A stretch of 39,326 bases of DNA, from the NCBI RefSeq assembly GCF_001194135.2, contig NC_068987.1, forward strand, positions 26,977,486-27,016,811. The letters are read 5' to 3'. The DNA comes from Octopus bimaculoides (Eukaryota). Of the stretch, positions 34,756-39,326 are shown piece after piece. Position numbers and translations under genes: made by a program. Positions within the stretch are counted from its first letter, which is position 1; each line of letters begins with the position of its first letter. Under the pieces are notes generated by a model. It saw only the letters and a program-made list of their open reading frames with translations, ran no database searches and had not been told where the DNA came from.

Positions 34756-35090
34756 GTGGCACATTAGGCAAGTAGCACATTAGGCAAGTGGCACATTAGG
34801 CAAGTGTCTTCTACGATAGCCTCGGGCCGACCAATACTTTGTGAGTGGATTTCGTAGAGGGAAACTAGAGGAATCACGTCGTATATGTGTGTGTGTGTCC
34901 TACCACCGATTGAGGACCGGTGTTGCTGTGTAAATTACTGTAAATTAGCAGTTCGGCAAATGTGATCGATAGAATAGTACCAGGCTAAGGAAAAAAAATT
35001 AAGTACTGACGTTGATTCATTTGGTTAAAAGTTCTTCACGGTGATGCCTCTGTATGGTCGAAGTCTGAAACAAGTAAAAGTTAAAGAATG
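34756..35090 (+). mobile_element. Older SINE family B copy lacking most of the tRNA head
   Basis: ggcaagtgtcttctacgatagcctcgggccgaccaa...agcagttcggcaaa...ctgaaacaagtaaaag. Confidence 0.8.
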
Positions 35091-36403
35091 AAAGACCATC
35101 CATTGAGCTACAAAGATTTCTAACTGTAAATAGTATATGTCAATCTAATTCAAGTGTAAAAATCAAATATTTTAACTATATTGATCAGATAAAAGATGTT
35201 TACCAATATCTGAGATATTCAACGCTAAAATGAATTGTATAAAATATATGTTTAATAATGACCAGTGATTATTTGTGAAAGGGTTCTAAAGTTGACTCCA
35301 AGAATTTCCGTTATCACATCCAGCTTTTGATCACTATATACCTTTGCCTTTCAAATAGAGTTTGTGCAGAGATGGGTTTGCTCATTAGCTGAATCCCACA
35401 TTTGATTTTGCCAAACTATAGAACACTCATTTCGAACATATGTATGTATTCATGTGTGTATGTATGTTTGTGTGTGTGTGTATGTATGTATGTATGTATG
35501 TATCTATGTATAGACATATAGATATATCTCGAATATCTCATTTATCGATAGTATGCTATCTAACTATTCATTATTGTCATAATTCCTGGAATCTATCATT
35601 TTCATCACACTACACCATATACATTATATGTGTTGTTGTCCCGTCATTAATACGCAAAAACGTTGACTATTTAAAATTACCTTTTTCTTTTCCGTATACT
35701 CGATAACTGTTTTATTTGCTTTAACTCCTGTTTCTTACTTTTGTTTATTTTCCACAAAAATTTTTAAGGAATCGCTTTTCTGCTATTTTATTTTCAAATC
35801 GGACAGTTAAGTGTCTAGGACAATGCTTCGTTCTCTCGTAATGTTGTTGCCAGAAGCTTTACAATTAAATTCCGTTTATACTTTTTATATTTAAACATTT
35901 TTTACTTATATATTTTCCTTTCGGGAACTTTAAATGGAGATAACATAATTTGAATTTGATGAAAAATTCCCTTCAGAACAAATAGAAGAAAAATGAATAT
36001 ACAATTCTTGAAATGTATTTAATGTGTTTTATTATATTTTTGATAAAAATATTGTAACACTTAACAATTACATCTGTAATTTCTTTTCTTAAATGGTTTT
36101 GTAGTTAGAATAGTAACTGCAATTTTAGAAAGGATACTTTCGCGGTTTATTCTGGAAAAGAATTGCTTTAAACAATGATATAAATTAATAGAGTAAGCTC
36201 TTAAACCTTGTACTTTCTGTAGAGTGAGAACTTCTGAAACGAGCCAACAACATTTCTGTATTCTATGTTATATGTAATTCTTCAAAGATTTATAATTTGC
36301 TTACTATTAAAAATTAATATGAACCGACGGTGTAGACCACTCACGAAAGAGTGGCAAAAATTGACCAATATAATGAGAGGTACGAAGGAAGAAAAGAACT
36401 CAC

Positions 36404-36476
36404 CACTCTTTATATTATTCCAAATTTCAGTTGTTGGGTAACATAACCACTGTTGATATTCACGCCATATACATTC
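36404..36476 (-). CDS. Candidate 73-nt coding exon (phase 0-1) of an unidentified gene
   Basis: Acceptor aattatttaag| and strong donor GTG|gtgagt. Reads ECIWREYQQWLCYPTTEIWNNIKS and is in frame with the 37558-37595 exon. Confidence 0.45.
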
Positions 36477-37557
36477 CTTAAATAATTATATCTTGTATCA
36501 GATTCACAGTTTCTATTAGTTTTCTTGTCACTTTTCATGTTTTGTTGCAGCCAATGATGTATTTGTATATTTTTTGTGAGAAAATATGTTGTATACGCAA
36601 TGAACAAGCATCTTATATTTCTACAAGTTACGAATTGCAGTTTATTTTCATTCTGAGATGCTGATTAAATGCAGAACATAATTTTTCAGCATTATATTTA
36701 TGTTTGGTGTCTTTTTTTTCATTAGTAAAATATAATCATGAAGCCATTGTACTTCGTTCTATTTCCAACAATTCATACATATCTACAATGTATATTGATC
36801 ATGATAATGTAATGGTAATTGAGCTGATGAAGTGTTTGGAAACCATATAATTTCAGCAGCATTTCTGGCCTAATCAAGGCAAAGATTTTGTGCTTTACAA
36901 GCTTTAGCGTATCTCACACTACGAAATTTTAGTGGTGATATTTTTATTGACTAAAAAAGTAAATTACTCTTTAGTATAAGATAAGTAATTAGAGTCAGTC
37001 TTTGCTTAGGATGTTTAGTACAATATCGTTTGGCTTCCATGTAATTTTGCGTTCGATAATTAATTAGATGTCTTTCTTTTAATTTTTTGTATGAAAGTAT
37101 GGTGAAACATGGGCACAGGTATATTACATTTTTTACAATGTAACGTTATTTTATTTCTGTTGTGAATCGCGTGTTAATATTTTTATAAATACTTCAGCAA
37201 AAATATCATTGTTTCCCAAGTCCATCATTCACATTTATATATTAATATCATCTAATAAGTTTGCACAATCATTTCAAATAATTAATATTAATAAAAGTAT
37301 AAACTAATGTAATACATATCATATTGTTTTTCTACCTCTTCTTTTAATTGTGAACATCTACCAAAGTAATACATGTTATATATTTATATGTGTGTGTGTG
37401 TGCGTGTGTGTGTGTTCGCGAGCGGGTATATGTGTAAATGACAAAAAGGTGACAGGCTCAAAAAGACATTGTCAGTATACTTAGAACAAAACATGCTTGG
37501 GAGTTACACTTTTAATCTAGAACTGTGATTATACTGAAAAAATATATTCACGCTCAC

Positions 37558-37595
37558 CCGAGGTCTTCGTGAAGGACTGATGAAAGTGGTGTCTA
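37558..37595 (-). CDS. Candidate 38-nt coding exon (phase 1-0)
   Basis: Strong acceptor ttcgttctctattttag| (NAGNAG: tag/tag) and donor CGG|gtgagc. Reads DTTFISPSRRPR. Confidence 0.45.
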
Positions 37596-37997
37596 CTAAA
37601 ATAGAGAACGAAATAGACGTATATATACATAGCGAGAGAATAGAGAATAATTTATATACATATGTCATAAAGTGTAGTGTTGAAGCGGGTGTGATTATAC
37701 ACATTTTCAGAGATGACATATGCCCGTATGCACGTACTGTCATAGTTAAATATATAAAAACATCCATAAATTTTGCATTTGTAGGAGTAAATTATGGAAT
37801 GAAAAAATCAAATCAAAGAAGATAGACGTGGTGAGATAAAATACAAAAACAAAAATTGTATTGCGACAATGAAAGAAAACAATGAAAAAATATGAAAATA
37901 TAAAGAAAGAAGACAAGTTCGAAAAGAAGAAAACACAAGCGTGCGGACGATATACAAGGTGGAATCGTACAGACAACCACATTGTCGCCAACAACAC

Positions 37998-38075
37998 CTA
38001 CAATTTTTATAAATTCTTCTCTGAGTTGTAGCATCTCTAACACAGTGTGCACCTTGTCATCTTCATCCCAACAAC
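37998..38075 (-). CDS. Candidate 78-nt coding exon (phase 1-1)
   Basis: Acceptor ataaattgcag| and a purine-rich open frame CWDEDDKVHTVLEMLQLREEFIKIV. The donor is ambiguous (GTAG|gtgttg or ATT|gtaggt). Confidence 0.4.
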
Positions 38076-38331
38076 CTGCAATTTATAGACTCATCTGCTC
38101 CCTATTCCCTACTTATTTACCCAATACTTTAGTTCTCCTAACTACAAGACTTCTCCAATCCCAGACAAATCTTTTAGATGAAGCAAATTTATTTTGCCTG
38201 AATGAATTTCATGGTCTAATATATGTATGAACATGTGTGTATATTTGTGTGTATGTTTGTGTCTGTGTCTGCAGGAGAGACGAATTTAATAAATTAGTAA
38301 GGACATTGTCGATATGATAAACACCTGTGCC

Positions 38332-38396
<65 letters not shown>

Positions 38397-38400
38397 GTGT

Positions 38401-38461
<61 letters not shown>

Positions 38462-38549
38462 TGTGTGTGTGTGTCTGTGTGTGTGTGTCTGTGTGTGTGT
38501 CTGTGCATGCTTGTGTGTGTGTGGGTGGGTGTGTGCGTGTGTGTGTGTG
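38332..38549. repeat. Long (TA)n(GT)n compound microsatellite
   Basis: Directly visible; it causes the CVCVCV/HTHTHT ORFs. Confidence 0.97.
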
Positions 38550-38679
38550 CATACATATAAAGTGAGAGAGTTGTATATATGGACATTAACTTTAAATGAC
38601 GACCAATGTTCCAGTTGATCTGATGAATGGAACAGCTTGCTCATGTAATTAACATGCAATTGACTGAACTCAATCAAGG

Positions 38680-38872
38680 AGACTCAATGTGACACAGAAT
38701 ATGATAAGGCCCGCTGAATTACATGCAATACCGTTTTTTTCCAGCTGAGCTGACTGGAACAGTGCAAAATAAAGGGCTTTGCTCAAGGACACAACAGCTG
38801 TCTAGTAACACACTTACGACCTTGTGATCTTCAGCCGAATATCCCTAACCATAAAGCCACGCACCTTCATCC
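38680..38872 (-). mobile_element. tRNA-derived SINE with a CORE-like segment (third family)
   Basis: Reverse complement tgaaggtgcgtggctttatggttagg (A box)...gttgtgtccttgagcaaagccctttattttgcactgttccagtcagctcagctgg. Confidence 0.7.
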
Positions 38873-39326
38873 AAACCACCGACCGGTTTCACCTGGTCGG
38901 TGGTTTGGATGATGTGGCTGTAAAACTTGCTCGGTGTAAGCATGCGACTTGTTTGGCCACGTTTACGTTAAAAAACATTTTAGAATTACATTTTCCTGTC
39001 AAAACGCTAAAAATAACTGACCAACAAAAATCCCGAATACTAAGCGAACAAAGATGAACCATCCCACTTCCATTGCGTGCGCACACGCACACACACACAT
39101 ACACACATACATACACACACACATTCACATACCCCCTTTTATATACACACACATATATTCACACAGAGTTGAAACGCTGTTTGATTTATTTTTTTCAGCA
39201 TACAATTTTGAACATTCTACTATTAAGTATGACACCATCCCTTATCTTGATAACCATGGGAGCTATGAAAAATAAAAAGCCCAGCAACACCACCGGACCA
39301 TTCTACACAGCTGTGTAATGTTTCGT

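Noticed and set aside
38209-38677. Cluster of overlapping HT/CV-repeat ORFs
   Set aside because: They are translations of a long (GT)n/(CA)n tract.

Overview
AT-rich, microsatellite- and TE-dense eukaryotic DNA from a short-read assembly with seven N gaps (2440-2570, 3720-3910, 5089-5313, 9399-9540, 15984-16193, 26053-26265, 34244-34253), six of them bordered by simple repeats. The tRNA-derived SINE families resemble ones I recall from Octopus, so an octopod cephalopod is likely (recalled, not searched). There is no intact long ORF, rRNA, true tRNA or CRISPR array. Well supported features are a dead Tx1/L1-clade LINE with a short 5' inversion, a CR1-like RT relic fused to a mariner N-terminus, a DD37D (maT) transposase relic, mariner- and hAT-type MITEs and about 15 SINE copies. 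Host genes are visible only tentatively: a promoter-like region at 10.4-11.0 kb (RFX X-box, TCTCGCGAGA, divergent splice donors) and several minus-strand exon candidates, none recognisable by homology. The most unusual observations are a twin-priming-like inversion in a non-mammalian LINE, a TSD-flanked local copy of a ~90-nt sequence ending in (AGT)n, a near-perfect hairpin at 38.9 kb, a tRNA T-loop minihelix at 15.2 kb, and inverted SINEs bracketing a candidate exon. I found no clear novel multi-gene system.
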